A stretch of DNA of 64,000 bases, from contig CAWFGE010000007.1 of NCBI GenBank assembly GCA_963815195.1, forward strand, positions 1-64,000, in the 5' to 3' direction. The notes beneath the pieces are model-generated. The model did not search any database. It was given only the letters and a program-made list of their open reading frames with translations, and was not told the origin of the DNA. Position 1 is the first letter of the stretch, and every line of letters starts with the position of its first letter. The stretch is from an uncultured Planctomycetaceae bacterium (lineage in GTDB: Bacteria; Planctomycetota; Planctomycetia; Planctomycetales; Planctomycetaceae). A program made the position numbers and the translations under genes. Shown here in pieces: positions 20,644 through 32,269 of the stretch.

Positions 20644-23600
20644 ATGTGGAACGGCCGGCGCAACGCCCCTCCCATGCTGAGAATCGGCTTTCGTCTTCCT
20701 CGGGGAACCGCTGGAAGCGGATCCGCGGACTGATCGCCATCTTGGGGTTCTTGCTGTTGACGGCCGGTATCGGGCTGGCTGTTTTTTTTGCCGCGCGACC
20801 CGATGCGGAGACGCTCAAACGACAGGCCCGGTCGGCCATGTTGGCGGGAGAATATCGGCAAGCTCTGGATCTGGCTCGGGCCGCTCTCGACCTCGGTGGC
20901 CAAGATGCCGAAGCCTCCCTTTTGGCGGGAAATGCCTGTGAAAGTTTTGGGCAGTATGAGCGGGCATTAAAATATTTCGAGCAGATTCCCAGAACGAAGG
21001 CCTCGCATTCTTTGGAAGCGAGATACAAAACCGGCCGGATTTTGATGCGCCATCTCGGACGCCCTAGCGCCGCGGAAGCTGAGTTTCGCAGCGTGTTGAT
21101 GGACGATCCCAATCACGTGGAGGCTCTCAAAGAACTGGCAACCCTCTTGGGAGTTCTGTCTCGCCAACGCGAGGCCGTCCCATTCATCGTGCGATTATTC
21201 CAGAACGGTCAAGTGACGATCGATCTTTTGACGCTGTTCGGCAACCGTAGCGGGCGCCTTGTCAACACGTCCCTCTTTGACCTGTATCGGGCGAAGGCGG
21301 GGCAGGATCCGAATGTGCCGCTTACGACGGCTTGGATCGCCTGGAATTCCCCCGCCTCGGTGGATCTCGATCGAGCCCGGCGCATTTTAACCAAGGCCGT
21401 CGAAATGCATCCCGAGTTCCCCCCGCTGCGGCGGCTTTTGGTCGAGGTGTTGTGGAAATTGGACCGGCGCGACGAACTCTTCCCTCACTTAAGGCGATGT
21501 TTTGAGCAGCCCGGCATTCCCGCCCGGCTCTGGATCATCCGGGGAAAACTGGCGGAAGATGCCGACCAAATCCGCCCGGCTGCGCGGTGTTACTGGGAAG
21601 CCTATCGGCTCGCCCCAAGCGACCGCGAAGCGGTGTTCAATCTCTCAGAAATCGCGGATCAGCTCGGTCAGGACGACGTGGCAAACCTGTTGCGCGACCG
21701 GTTGGTGAAACTCCGCCAGGTCAAAGAGGCGGCGGATTTTTTGCTCAACTCGGAACATGATTCCACAAAGCCCATACAAGACCTGGTCGGGGTGATGGAA
21801 GATGTGGGACGATTGTGGGAGGCCTGGGCGTGGTGCCAGGTTGCCGCGACGATTGCTCCCCGGGAAGCCTGGCACCGACAAAAATCGCTGGCCCTCAAAG
21901 CCGAGCTTGGGCAATGCCCCCTCTCTCAAGTCTGCCCGCATCGGCTGACAATCCCTGTCGATTTTTCAAAACAGCCGCTTCCCGGCTGGCCTTCGGGCCC
22001 TGCTTCGGTGACGATCCCGCCGGCGGGTTCCTTCCCGGAAATCTCCTTCCGCGATGACGCTCAGCGGGCGGGCTTGGTGTTTCAATACTTCAACAGCCCC
22101 CATGTCCCGGGACAAGGCCAACGCATGTTCGAGTTCCCAGGCGGCGGTTGCGGGGTGCTCGATTTTGACGGCGATGGTTGGCCCGATCTTTATCTCACCC
22201 AGGGCTGTCAGTGGCCCGTCGAGGAGTCGAGCACACAGCACCTGGATCGTCTGTTTCAAAACCTAGGGGATGGCCGGTTCGCCGATGTCACCGAACAAGC
22301 CAATCTATTCGAGAATCGTTTTAGCAGCGGCATCGCCGTCGGCGATTTCGACAACGACGGCTTCCAGGATGTCTATGTGGCAAATCTCGGCGAGAACCGC
22401 TTGTATCACAATAACGGCGATGGCACGTTCGAGGACCAAACTCTCGCCTCCGGCACGGGCGATTCCCGCTGGTCGGCCAGTTGCGTCATGGCCGATTTGA
22501 ACGGCGATTCGCTGCCTGAGATTTATTCCGCCAATTACCTGGAAGCGGAGGACATCTACGAGCGAATCTGTCGTCACCAAGATGGAAAACCCCGATTGTG
22601 CATGCCGTTTCAATTCGACGACGCACAAGACCAGCTATTCCTCAACCAAGGCGATGGGCGGTTTCAAAACGTCACCGCGGCCGCGGGCATCGAGCACCCG
22701 AATGGAAAAGGGCTGGGAGTCGTCGCCGCGGATGTCACGGGGGACGGCAAGCTCGATGTGTTCGTGGCGAACGACACCGAGATGAACTTTCTGTTCGTCA
22801 ACCAAACCCATCACCCGCGGACGTTGAGATTCGCGGAAGAGGGGCTGCTCCGCGGGGTGGCGAGCAATGGAGCGGGCAAAGCCGAGGGGTGCATGGGAAT
22901 TGCCATCGATGATGCGGACGGCGACGGACGATTGGACTTGTTTGTCACCAATTTTCACCAGGAAACCAATACGCTTTATCGGCAGACGGAGCCCGGCTCT
23001 TTTGAGGATCTCGCTCGTGAAGCGGGGTTGGCGGCTGGAAGCCGCAACATGCTGGGTTTTGGAGCGCAATTCCTGGATGCCGACCTCGATGGGAAACCGG
23101 ATCTCATCACCACGAACGGTCACATTGACGACCTCTCCGCTTATGGACGCCCCTACCGCATGCCGAGCCAGTTTTATTGGAATCGGGGGACGGGACGATT
23201 CCGCGAACTTCCCGCTTCTGTCCTGGGACCATTTTTCGAAGAGAACGCTCTGGGGCGCGGCCTCGCCAAAGAGGACTGGAACCGCGACGGACGGGAGGAT
23301 TTTGTGGTGTCCTTCCTCGATCGTCCCGCCGCATTGATGACCAATACGGCGCCGCACGCCGGGAATTATCTGCATCTGCAATTTCGCGGCACAAAATCCG
23401 CGAGGGATGCCATCGGGGTGAAAGTGCGTCTGACCGTTGGCAATTCGATCGTGACGCGGTATCTCGTCGCGGATGGCGGGTATCAAGCCAGCAATCAAAA
23501 GCAACTCACCATCGGGCTGGGACCGAACCACCAAGTGGATGAACTCGAAATCCTTTGGCCTTCCGGGGAACGGCAATTCTTTTCCGATGTTCCGGCTAAT

Positions 23601-23660
23601 CAGGAATTGCTCTTCATCGAATCGATCTCCGATTCCTTCGTCCTTCCCCTATCAAAATAG
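20640..23660 (+). CDS. Second TM + TPR + FG-GAP + ASPIC/UnbV protein
   Basis: Same architecture as the upstream paralog; ATGA overlap with it. Confidence 0.92.
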   Translation: MNVERPAQRPSHAENRLSSSSGNRWKRIRGLIAILGFLLLTAGIGLAVFFAARPDAETLKRQARSAMLAGEYRQALDLARAALDLGGQDAEASLLAGNACESFGQYERALKYFEQIPRTKASHSLEARYKTGRILMRHLGRPSAAEAEFRSVLMDDPNHVEALKELATLLGVLSRQREAVPFIVRLFQNGQVTIDLLTLFGNRSGRLVNTSLFDLYRAKAGQDPNVPLTTAWIAWNSPASVDLDRARRILTKAVEMHPEFPPLRRLLVEVLWKLDRRDELFPHLRRCFEQPGIPARLWIIRGKLAEDADQIRPAARCYWEAYRLAPSDREAVFNLSEIADQLGQDDVANLLRDRLVKLRQVKEAADFLLNSEHDSTKPIQDLVGVMEDVGRLWEAWAWCQVAATIAPREAWHRQKSLALKAELGQCPLSQVCPHRLTIPVDFSKQPLPGWPSGPASVTIPPAGSFPEISFRDDAQRAGLVFQYFNSPHVPGQGQRMFEFPGGGCGVLDFDGDGWPDLYLTQGCQWPVEESSTQHLDRLFQNLGDGRFADVTEQANLFENRFSSGIAVGDFDNDGFQDVYVANLGENRLYHNNGDGTFEDQTLASGTGDSRWSASCVMADLNGDSLPEIYSANYLEAEDIYERICRHQDGKPRLCMPFQFDDAQDQLFLNQGDGRFQNVTAAAGIEHPNGKGLGVVAADVTGDGKLDVFVANDTEMNFLFVNQTHHPRTLRFAEEGLLRGVASNGAGKAEGCMGIAIDDADGDGRLDLFVTNFHQETNTLYRQTEPGSFEDLAREAGLAAGSRNMLGFGAQFLDADLDGKPDLITTNGHIDDLSAYGRPYRMPSQFYWNRGTGRFRELPASVLGPFFEENALGRGLAKEDWNRDGREDFVVSFLDRPAALMTNTAPHAGNYLHLQFRGTKSARDAIGVKVRLTVGNSIVTRYLVADGGYQASNQKQLTIGLGPNHQVDELEILWPSGERQFFSDVPANQELLFIESISDSFVLPLSK

Positions 23661-23784
23661 CCTCGCTGCTCGGCGCAAATATCGTCCAGATTCAGATGGC
23701 TCCTGCCACGTAAGGAGGACTCCCCAAATTCAGCGCGATACTTGAAGGGGCGAAACCGTCCGACGCGCTGTGCCCGGCGTGAGC

Positions 23785-26700
23785 TCATTTCCCAATCCGT
23801 TTCATAATCACATGACCGGGGAGATTGGGAGCGAGCGGGTCAAATGTGCCGAAGGCGACGCGTTGACCGTCCGGGTGGAAAGCCGAACAACTCACAGCCG
23901 GAAATTGCACATCGATCTCTTTTAGGATCTGGTTCTGCCGCCAATCCCAGAGGAACCCCTCGCCGGACAAATCCCCGGCGGCAACCCTTGTTCCATCCGG
24001 TGAAAAGCTCGGCCCGAATAGAGGTTGTACGCCGCCGGCCGCGCCGCGTGACGCATCTATTTTCAGCTCAGCCAGCTTGTTTCCCGTCTCGCTCTCCCAA
24101 ATCTGCACTAAGCCATTCAGATCTGAGGTCGCGAGGTACCGGGCATCTAGCGAGAGATTGATGCCAATCAAGATCGAGGTGGGCAGTTCGATCGTTTCGC
24201 GTTTTTGCCGCGACGCCAAATTCCAAGAAGTCAGTTGCAGCTGCGCTTGATCGCTCCGGCTTACGACGAGGGCTTGCTTTCCGTTTGCCGTGACTCGTGC
24301 GAAGTAGACCGGGTGTGGCAATTGAACCAATAGCTGGCCCTTTGCCTCTTTCTGCAGATCCCAAACCCATGCCTCGCCGGTTTGCCCCCACCAATGGGCG
24401 GCTGCAGCCAGAAGGGTTTTGCCATCGGGACTGAAGCTCAACGAGAGAATCGGCAGCTTTGGATCAGTCAACTTTGCAATCACTCGGCCCGTGGCGGCAT
24501 CCCAGACCCTGACTTCCCCATCTTCTGAACCGGAAGCCAGCTTTGTGCCGTCGGGCGAGAATTGTAAGGTTTGAACTGGTTGAGTGTGGGCAGGGAACTC
24601 GCGCGAAGTGCCCTGATTTGTGTCCCAGATTTGGAGTGAGGCATCTTGTCCCCCCACAGCCAATTGCGTGCCATCGGGGGAAAACGCGACCGATCGCACG
24701 CAACCTTTTGTTTGGGCGAAGACTTCGTCTCCCGGCCGTTGGGCATTCTCGTTTCGAGACTGAGCCACCGCCGGCGGAGCCTGGCCGCGAATGACCTGAT
24801 CTAAACGAGCTGCCAAATCCCGTTCGGCGGGCGACAGGGGGTCTTGTTGTTGAAGCCGATCAAGGATTTCCCGGACCCGCTGCAACTGGTAATAGGCTTC
24901 TCGCTGGTCCTCAAGCGGAGGGCTCTCAGAAAGCCCAACGGCCAAATCCAGGCAGTCTTCTGCGGCTTCCAGCCAGCGGAAACGTTCGTGACCGAAAAAA
25001 AAAGCCAACTGCATCGAGGATGTTTGCGTTCGTCGGAGTTGCTGGAGCCAACCGGGTTGGAATGCGATCTTCAACCCCACAAGCGATTGCCGATTTGAGA
25101 GTGCAGGATGGTGCTTGAGGTTGCGTTCGACCTGTTGGCATTTGTGATTCATAAGTTGGATATGCAGATTCCGCGCAATGGTTTGCACGGTGTTGGCCTG
25201 GTCTGTCTCTCCCGCCTGGCGGTAGGCCATCGCCATCGATTCGCAGCCTGCGATGAAATCTTTAAGATGTGTGAGACTCTCGGGATGCTTTTTGTAGAGT
25301 ATCTGATAGTTCTCAAAACATTCACGGCACGCTTTTAAGACTTCTTCGGCCTGACTGGGATCAGACGTGTTGTTGAACACATACCAATCAAAATCGGCAA
25401 GAGATTTGCGGAACGACTCGTTGTCTGGATCGGCGGCGACTAAGGGACGCATAATTTCGACGGCCTCGACAAAGGGCCCCGAGGCCTGCTTATGGTCACC
25501 TCGGGTAAAATACAAGCCGCCTAATTGATTGAGTTGAAATGCCAGTTCCTGTTTCCATTCGGCCTTGGCCGGATCTCGTGCCACTCGGCGACGGTAAAAT
25601 TCGACGACCTGTCGGTGTCCCCGCAGCATCGTCTCTTTGGCCGCCTCCTCATCTCCCAGTAATCGCTGAATCGTCGCGAGTTGTTGACAGCAAAGGAAGA
25701 AACCGTCTGCCCAGCGTTGCAGATCGGGATCCAATTCCACGAGTTGGGACAGGATCGCCACCGATTCCTCGGCAGCCGGCCGGGCCTCTTCAAGACGGGA
25801 ATGGCGGGGATCCTGCATGAAGGTCATTAAGCAACCGCCCCCTTGGCCTTCCAGAGTCTCCAGCGGAGCTTTCACCGCAAAGCCCGTCAGGTAGTTGGCT
25901 TTCAAGCGGAGGCCGAGGGCTAAACGGTTCTTCCACATTGCATCCCGAGCATCTTCTTTCACGCGTTGTCGACAAACCGCGACAAGATCCTTGCTCATTT
26001 GGAACTTCTCCCGAAAGGCGCCCGCTGTTGTGCCCTCGTCTGAGGCGACATCCATTAAACTGATGCGGGCGCCAATGAGGATTCGCTTCCACTCGGCGTT
26101 TTGGGGATCGAGTGGAAGTAGTCGTGCGGCGATCTCCTCTGCAGAACGAAAGAGCTTCACGGCCTGATCAGTCTTTCCTTGGTTTAAAACCGTGCTGCCA
26201 AAATCCATCTGCAAATCGGCCAACAATCGCTGCCAACGGACATAGCTCGGATACTGACGAGTCAGTTCCTCGAACAACTGCAGAGACTCTTGGTAGACCT
26301 GCATTTCCTGCTGAGTCTGTCCTGCGCGGGCATACACCGCGGCCATCCGCCAGAGAATCAAAGCATAATTTCCCCGAATCTCAGGATCTTCGGGATCGTC
26401 CTTGTAGAGCTTTTGACGAATTTGCAGCGCGAGGCGATAGTCTCGATCAGCCGACTGCGCGTCCCCGCGTCCATCCAGAGTTTGCCCGACCATTCGCTGT
26501 GCGAAGGCCAATTCACCGGCCCATTCTTTGTTCGTCTGGTCGCGCGTGTGCAAGGTTTTGTGAATCTTAGCGGCCGCCTGGAAGGCACCGAGGGCCCCCT
26601 CGGAATCCCCTTCCGTTCCCAGGACAATTCCCCGATTTTGAAGACTCATGGCCAGACCGTGCTGGAAGTGCGAATTCTTGGAATCGCTCTTGATGAGTTC

Positions 26701-28449
26701 CTGAAAGATCCCGTTGGCCGTTTCTGCAGCTTTCCGTGATTCTTCGGTTTGTCCGAGAGTGATGGTCAGTTGGGCTAGAGAATTCTGCAATTCTCCCCGG
26801 CCTTGCCGGACCAACGTCTCCAATTCGGAATCGGCAGGATTCTTCAGGAGCTTTTGGAAATTCGCATCCACGACCTTTAGGACTTTGGTCACGTTGTCCA
26901 GATTTGTGCCGGCTTGCTTTTCGAGTTCACCTGCCAGCTCAACGATGGCCGAGTTGTTCTCAAAGGCTAACTTAAAATTGTCCGCAACCCGGTCCCGTTC
27001 GTGTTGCACTTGGACGCGGGCCGCATCGATCATAAATGCAGAAGCCGTCGACACCAGGGCGACCAGGGCCAACGCGGCCGATCCCGCTCGGACCCAAGAC
27101 CGGTGTCGTCGTAACCAGCGGGACATTTTTTCGGCAACGGATTCGGGATAGGCTAGAACAGACTCATCCGCTAGAAATCGCTCAAGATCATCGGCGAGTG
27201 CTTTGGCCGAGGGATAACGCTCGGCGGGATCGGCAGCCATAGCTTTCAGACAAATCGCTTCGAGTGCGGCCGGGATCGAGGCGACAATCTCGCGCGGGAC
27301 CGGGAATTCGTGCCGACGGACTTTCTCCAAGATTCTGGCCAGGGAATCGCCCCCCACGGGCGGTTTTCCCGTTAACAGGCTGTATAGCGTCGCGCCCAAA
27401 CAGTAAATATCGCTCGTCGGCCCCATCCGGTTTTGATCCGCATTGGCCTGTTCGGGCGACATGTAATGAGGTGTCCCCACCACGGGGACGGTTTCTCCCA
27501 CCGCGGTTTCCGCGGGGATCGTCATTGGCAATTCCCCCTCGGCATTGGGAGTGGTTTCCGGCACTCCACAAGCCAACCCCCAGTCGACCACGAGTGTTTC
27601 CCCGTACGGCCCAAGCATCACATTCGCGGGCTTAATGTCTCGATGCAAGACGCCTCGGCTGTGGGCATATTCAATGGCATTGCAGACATCAATAAACCGG
27701 TTGAGCAACTGGCGAAATTCCACGGAAGCGAATCGCTCGCGCGGTTCGGTGGACTGTTCCTTCAGAGATTGGTGAAACCTTCGTGCGGCCTCCCCGAGGG
27801 TTTCCCCACGGATGAACCGCATCGTGTAGAATGGCTGCCGCTCATCATTGCTCAAACTGTAGACAGGGACAATGCCCGGATGTTCCAATCCTCCCGTGAC
27901 CTCGGCTTCGATCAAGAAATGTTCGCGGCTCGCGGCGTTCGACAGTTGGCCTTGGCGAATTCGTTTGAGAGCCACCTCGCGATGCAATTCCCGGTCGCGG
28001 GCTCGGTAGATCTCGCCCAATCCGCCTGCCGCATGAAAGCCCAAGATTTCATACCGTTCGGCCGTCAATGCCTCGCGGTCCGTGACCGAGGTTGAGCCCA
28101 GGGGAGAGGGGACGGAGACGGTTCGACAAGCCATGCGGTCGAGCGTGTGCTGAATGTCATCGTCCTTGAGATTCCGCAATCGCTGCACCAACTCTTCGGA
28201 GATCCCCCATCGGGAAAGCGACGCGAGGCTCTTGTGCTTGTGTCGCTCCAAATGCCGCTCAACCAGCGTATTCAAGAGTTTTTCATCGTCCTCCGTAAGG
28301 GCATTCCTTGCCCGCAGGATCTCGCTGAGAGAATCGTGTTTTCTGCACGTCCAATCATCAACCGCCTGGATTAAGTCCTCTTGACGAACGAAATCCAATT
28401 GCACGGCCAATACGCCGAATAACAGATTGCGGTCTGAGTGTTCCATCAT
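23785..28449 (-). CDS. Ser/Thr protein kinase with TM segment, TPR-like region and WD40 repeats
   Basis: GGLGEIY; VALK; HRDIKPAN; DWGLA; GTPHYMSPEQA; repeated FSPDG..WD motifs. Confidence 0.95.
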   Translation of the reverse strand: MMEHSDRNLLFGVLAVQLDFVRQEDLIQAVDDWTCRKHDSLSEILRARNALTEDDEKLLNTLVERHLERHKHKSLASLSRWGISEELVQRLRNLKDDDIQHTLDRMACRTVSVPSPLGSTSVTDREALTAERYEILGFHAAGGLGEIYRARDRELHREVALKRIRQGQLSNAASREHFLIEAEVTGGLEHPGIVPVYSLSNDERQPFYTMRFIRGETLGEAARRFHQSLKEQSTEPRERFASVEFRQLLNRFIDVCNAIEYAHSRGVLHRDIKPANVMLGPYGETLVVDWGLACGVPETTPNAEGELPMTIPAETAVGETVPVVGTPHYMSPEQANADQNRMGPTSDIYCLGATLYSLLTGKPPVGGDSLARILEKVRRHEFPVPREIVASIPAALEAICLKAMAADPAERYPSAKALADDLERFLADESVLAYPESVAEKMSRWLRRHRSWVRAGSAALALVALVSTASAFMIDAARVQVQHERDRVADNFKLAFENNSAIVELAGELEKQAGTNLDNVTKVLKVVDANFQKLLKNPADSELETLVRQGRGELQNSLAQLTITLGQTEESRKAAETANGIFQELIKSDSKNSHFQHGLAMSLQNRGIVLGTEGDSEGALGAFQAAAKIHKTLHTRDQTNKEWAGELAFAQRMVGQTLDGRGDAQSADRDYRLALQIRQKLYKDDPEDPEIRGNYALILWRMAAVYARAGQTQQEMQVYQESLQLFEELTRQYPSYVRWQRLLADLQMDFGSTVLNQGKTDQAVKLFRSAEEIAARLLPLDPQNAEWKRILIGARISLMDVASDEGTTAGAFREKFQMSKDLVAVCRQRVKEDARDAMWKNRLALGLRLKANYLTGFAVKAPLETLEGQGGGCLMTFMQDPRHSRLEEARPAAEESVAILSQLVELDPDLQRWADGFFLCCQQLATIQRLLGDEEAAKETMLRGHRQVVEFYRRRVARDPAKAEWKQELAFQLNQLGGLYFTRGDHKQASGPFVEAVEIMRPLVAADPDNESFRKSLADFDWYVFNNTSDPSQAEEVLKACRECFENYQILYKKHPESLTHLKDFIAGCESMAMAYRQAGETDQANTVQTIARNLHIQLMNHKCQQVERNLKHHPALSNRQSLVGLKIAFQPGWLQQLRRTQTSSMQLAFFFGHERFRWLEAAEDCLDLAVGLSESPPLEDQREAYYQLQRVREILDRLQQQDPLSPAERDLAARLDQVIRGQAPPAVAQSRNENAQRPGDEVFAQTKGCVRSVAFSPDGTQLAVGGQDASLQIWDTNQGTSREFPAHTQPVQTLQFSPDGTKLASGSEDGEVRVWDAATGRVIAKLTDPKLPILSLSFSPDGKTLLAAAAHWWGQTGEAWVWDLQKEAKGQLLVQLPHPVYFARVTANGKQALVVSRSDQAQLQLTSWNLASRQKRETIELPTSILIGINLSLDARYLATSDLNGLVQIWESETGNKLAELKIDASRGAAGGVQPLFGPSFSPDGTRVAAGDLSGEGFLWDWRQNQILKEIDVQFPAVSCSAFHPDGQRVAFGTFDPLAPNLPGHVIMKRIGK

Positions 28450-28576
28450 GACGGGTTGGGCCCTGTTTCAACCAACTGTGAGAAAATGAATTGAATCTGT
28501 CGGATACTTCGTTGTTATCAGATAACCACTGGCATACTAAAGCGGGTACCAGCATCGCGGAAGCCTATGCCAAAGC

Positions 28577-29467
28577 TCAGCGGAGATTGTCGTTGAAGAA
28601 CTCCAGCGTGCGTTTCCAAGCGAGTTTGGCCGCGTCCTCGTCGTAACGCGGCGTGGTATCATTGTGAAAGCCGTGATTCACCCCTTGGTACGTGTAAGCC
28701 TTGTAGTTGACCTTCGAATTTTTGAGCGCGGCTTCATAAGCTGGCCAGCCAGCGTTGATGCGTTTATCGAGTTCGGCATAATGCAACAGCAGCGGTCCTT
28801 TGATCTTGGGCACATCCTCCGCTGCCGGTTGCCGGCCGTAAAAGGGAACGGCTGCCGTAATCACGTCGGGGATACGAACCGCAAGGGTGTTGGCAACGCC
28901 GCCGCCATAACAGAATCCGACGACTCCGACCTTGCCGTTGGACAGCCGATGCTTCTGGAGCAGCTTTGCGGCTGCAATGAAATCCTCCACCATTTTTTCG
29001 GGATCGCGTTTTGACTGAAGTTCGCGTCCTTTGTCGTCGTTGCCCGGATACCCTCCCAGAGGCGTCAATGCGTCCGGCGCAAACGCCAGGAAGCCGGCAA
29101 CTCCCAACCGGCGGGTGACGTCTTCGATGTAGGGGTTCAGCCCCCGATTTTCGTGAATCACCAACACCGCGGGTAGCTTGCCTTTGGGATTCGCGGGCCG
29201 GACCAGATAGCCCCGCATTTTCCCCGCGCCCTGGGGAGATTCGTATTCGATATACTCGGTCGTCAGGCGAGGATCGTCCTTAGCAACCTGCTCGGCCCAG
29301 GAATAGTTCGGCGTCAGACTCGCCAGCAAAGCTTCGACCGTCAGCCCCGTAGCCGCGAACCTGGCTGCCCCTTGCAAGAAATCCCGCCGGCCGACGCGCC
29401 CGTGGACGTAGTCGTCGTAAAGATCCAAGAGTTCCTGATCGAATTCAGACGCCTGTTTTCGGTCCAT
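28577..29467 (-). CDS. Dienelactone hydrolase family protein (YghX-like)
   Basis: [16 protein letters not shown] nucleophile; [12 protein letters not shown]. Confidence 0.93.
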   Translation of the reverse strand: MDRKQASEFDQELLDLYDDYVHGRVGRRDFLQGAARFAATGLTVEALLASLTPNYSWAEQVAKDDPRLTTEYIEYESPQGAGKMRGYLVRPANPKGKLPAVLVIHENRGLNPYIEDVTRRLGVAGFLAFAPDALTPLGGYPGNDDKGRELQSKRDPEKMVEDFIAAAKLLQKHRLSNGKVGVVGFCYGGGVANTLAVRIPDVITAAVPFYGRQPAAEDVPKIKGPLLLHYAELDKRINAGWPAYEAALKNSKVNYKAYTYQGVNHGFHNDTTPRYDEDAAKLAWKRTLEFFNDNLR

Positions 29468-29775
29468 GTCAATTCCTCCACGAGTTGGGGTGTGATCCAG
29501 AGCGAAAGATTTGCCTTTCGCCATTTTACCCGGCGAGCCGCCTACCCACACGCCAACGGATCCTGGACGGATAACGAGAGGCGTTTTTGAAAATCAGCCC
29601 GGGATGATTTGCCGATTGGAGCCCAATTGTTTACATCAGACGCGGCTGATATATTGGCGGAGTTCCTGGCCGGTACTGATTCTCGATGAGTTGCCGTGCC
29701 CTTGAGAAATCGTGGACCACGAAGCGACGGACAATTGACATTTCACTTTGGATTGCGATGATTGGTGGGCCAATT

Positions 29776-31053
29776 ATGGAACACGACACGATCTTTCAAA
29801 TGTCGGCGGCCAACATCCGTTTTGGCCCAGGTTCGACCGCCGAAGTGGGCATGGACTTGAGAGACATGCGAGTCCGCAGGACTTTGCTGATCATGGATCC
29901 CAAGTTGAAATCCCTGCCGACGGGCGATGTGGTGGTTTCCTCGCTACGGGAGAACGGAATCGATTTTGACGTGTTCGACGACATTGCCGTGGAACCGACC
30001 GACGCGAGTTTCGCCCAAGCCATTCAATGCGCGACCGAGGGGCGGTTCGATTCGTTTGTCGCTGTGGGCGGGGGCAGCACCATCGATGCGGCCAAGGCGG
30101 CGAATCTCTATTCCAGTTACCCGGCGGAGTTTTTGCATTACGTCAACGCGCCAATTGGCCGGGGTGAACCAGTCCCGGGACCGCTCAAGCCGCTCATTGC
30201 GATCCCCACAACCGCGGGCACCGGGAGTGAAACAACCGGGGTCGCGATTTTTGACTATCTGAAGCAGAAAGCCAAGACGGGGATCGCGCATCGCTATCTG
30301 AAACCGACATTGGGAATTGTTGATGCGCACAATACGCGAACGCTGCCCGCGGCTGTCGCCGCATCCGCTGGTCTGGACGTTCTTAGCCATGCTCTGGAGT
30401 CGTACACGGCCATTCCCTTCGATCGCCGTCCCAAGCCGGCGGGTCCACTCCAACGGCCCGCGTATCAGGGAGCCAATCCCATCAGTGATCTTTGGGCGCT
30501 GCATGCCCTCCGGCTGGTGGCGGGGTTTCTAGCGCGCGCGGTCGCCGATCCTTCCGATGAGGAAGCCCGCGAAAATATGCTTCTGGCTGCCGCCATCGCC
30601 GGGATCGGGTTCGGCAATGCGGGCGTCCATTTGCCGCACGGCATGTCCTACCCGATTGCGGGCATGGTCCGCGCGTTCCGCCCGGAAGGCTATGACGTGG
30701 ACCATCCGCTCGTGCCGCACGGGATTTCGGTGATCGTCAATACCCCGGCCGTTGTGAGATTCACGGCTCCGGCCTGTCCGGAACGCCATCTCGCCGCGGC
30801 CCAGGCTTTGGGAGCCGATTGCACCGAGGCCGACGCCGAGGATGCGGGGGAGATCCTGGCGAACCGCGTTATTGACTTCATGAAATTGTTGAAGGTTCCC
30901 AATGGTCTCAGCGCCCTGGGGTATCGTGAAGCGGATATTCCCGCGCTCGTCGCAGGGACCATGCCGCAGCACCGCGTGACCAAGTTATCTCCCCGGCCCA
31001 TTGATGAGCAGGTGGTCGCGAACCTGTTTCGGGAATCTATGACGATCTGGTAA
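29776..31053 (+). CDS. Hydroxyacid-oxoacid transhydrogenase (Fe-ADH family)
   Basis: GGGSTIDAAK; YVNAPIGRG; PTTAGTGSETTG; RPAYQGANPISD; GVHLPHGMSYP. Confidence 0.92.
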   Translation: MEHDTIFQMSAANIRFGPGSTAEVGMDLRDMRVRRTLLIMDPKLKSLPTGDVVVSSLRENGIDFDVFDDIAVEPTDASFAQAIQCATEGRFDSFVAVGGGSTIDAAKAANLYSSYPAEFLHYVNAPIGRGEPVPGPLKPLIAIPTTAGTGSETTGVAIFDYLKQKAKTGIAHRYLKPTLGIVDAHNTRTLPAAVAASAGLDVLSHALESYTAIPFDRRPKPAGPLQRPAYQGANPISDLWALHALRLVAGFLARAVADPSDEEARENMLLAAAIAGIGFGNAGVHLPHGMSYPIAGMVRAFRPEGYDVDHPLVPHGISVIVNTPAVVRFTAPACPERHLAAAQALGADCTEADAEDAGEILANRVIDFMKLLKVPNGLSALGYREADIPALVAGTMPQHRVTKLSPRPIDEQVVANLFRESMTIW

Positions 31054-31081
31054 TCGTGTCACGAGAAGTGGGGCCCGTCAT

Positions 31082-31768
31082 TCAAGGCCAGCGGCTCGTC
31101 GTTTTTCTGGCTTGGGTCCAGAACTCAATTGAGCTTTTTCCCGTAATGTCACCGACCCCAAAACGCGAGTCATTCCATCCGCCAAAGCCAAAAGGCTCGA
31201 CAGGCACGGGCACGCCGATATTGATGCCGATCATCCCTGCCGATGCTCGCTCGGAAATGAAGCGGGCTTTGTCGCCGTCGCACGTGTAAACCGCCGCGGC
31301 ATTGCCGTAAGGTGAATTATTTTCGACAGCAAGGGCTTCCTCGCTGTCGCGCACCCGGAGGATCGAAAGCACCGGTCCGAAGATCTCTTCCTTGGCAATA
31401 TTCATGTCGGGACGCACCTGATCGATCACCGTGGCCCCCACATAGAAGCCGCCTTCGCGTCCGGGAACCTGTGCGTTTCGGCCGTCCACAAGAATCTTCG
31501 CACCGGCTTGTTCGGCTTCGGTGATATATCGTTCGATCCGCGATCTCGCTTCCGCTGAAATCACCGGCCCCAGGTTTTCGCCGGGAATCAACTTTCGTGC
31601 CTCCTTGCAAATCATTTGGATCGTGGACTCTGTGTCGCCCACGGCCAGCAGAGAAGCGGCCGCCATGCATCGCTGCCCGGCACATCCCGCCATCGACGAG
31701 ACGACATTGACCGCTGTGGGTTGCGGCGGAGCATCCGGCAGGACGATCAGATGGCTCCTTTTTGCCAT
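31082..31768 (-). pseudogene. mmsA: C-terminal half of methylmalonate-semialdehyde dehydrogenase
   Basis: HLIVLPDA; AGQRCMA; EEIFGPVL; YGNAAA; GINIGVPVP. NAD-binding N-terminal half missing. Confidence 0.8.
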
Positions 31769-32269
31769 CGTTGGGAAGAACAGTCCGATCGGCGCCAGAG
31801 CATCCAGGCCGGCTTGCGGCATTCGCCCTTCGTAAGATTCGTTTCTTCCGTTCGGGTGCAGTTCGAATTTCGTACTTTTCAGTTGGTGTTTCCACCAGTC
31901 TTTGTAGGTAGTCTCACGGATTCAGATGTGACATATTACGTCGTAAATATGAAGATTGGCAGATTTCCGAAAAATCGTTGTAGAGAACCCGGGCCGACAT
32001 CAGTAGGCTGAATGTCGAAGATACGATCTCTCAATTCTACAAAATCCTTGTCCCATTATCTTCAGTTTTTCAAATCGAGAGAATGGCGAACGCCCTCTCC
32101 AATCCGCACGAGTTCCACTGGAAAGAATGAAGAACGACACGCGTTTCTCGCAAGAAATCGCAATCGAAGAATATATCGAATGGATTCGCATCCGTCATCG
32201 ACCTTCAAATTCTTGGGGCGCAGCGGCCTCACGTGGTTCTACCTCTTTTTGACATGAACGGAGTGAGCA

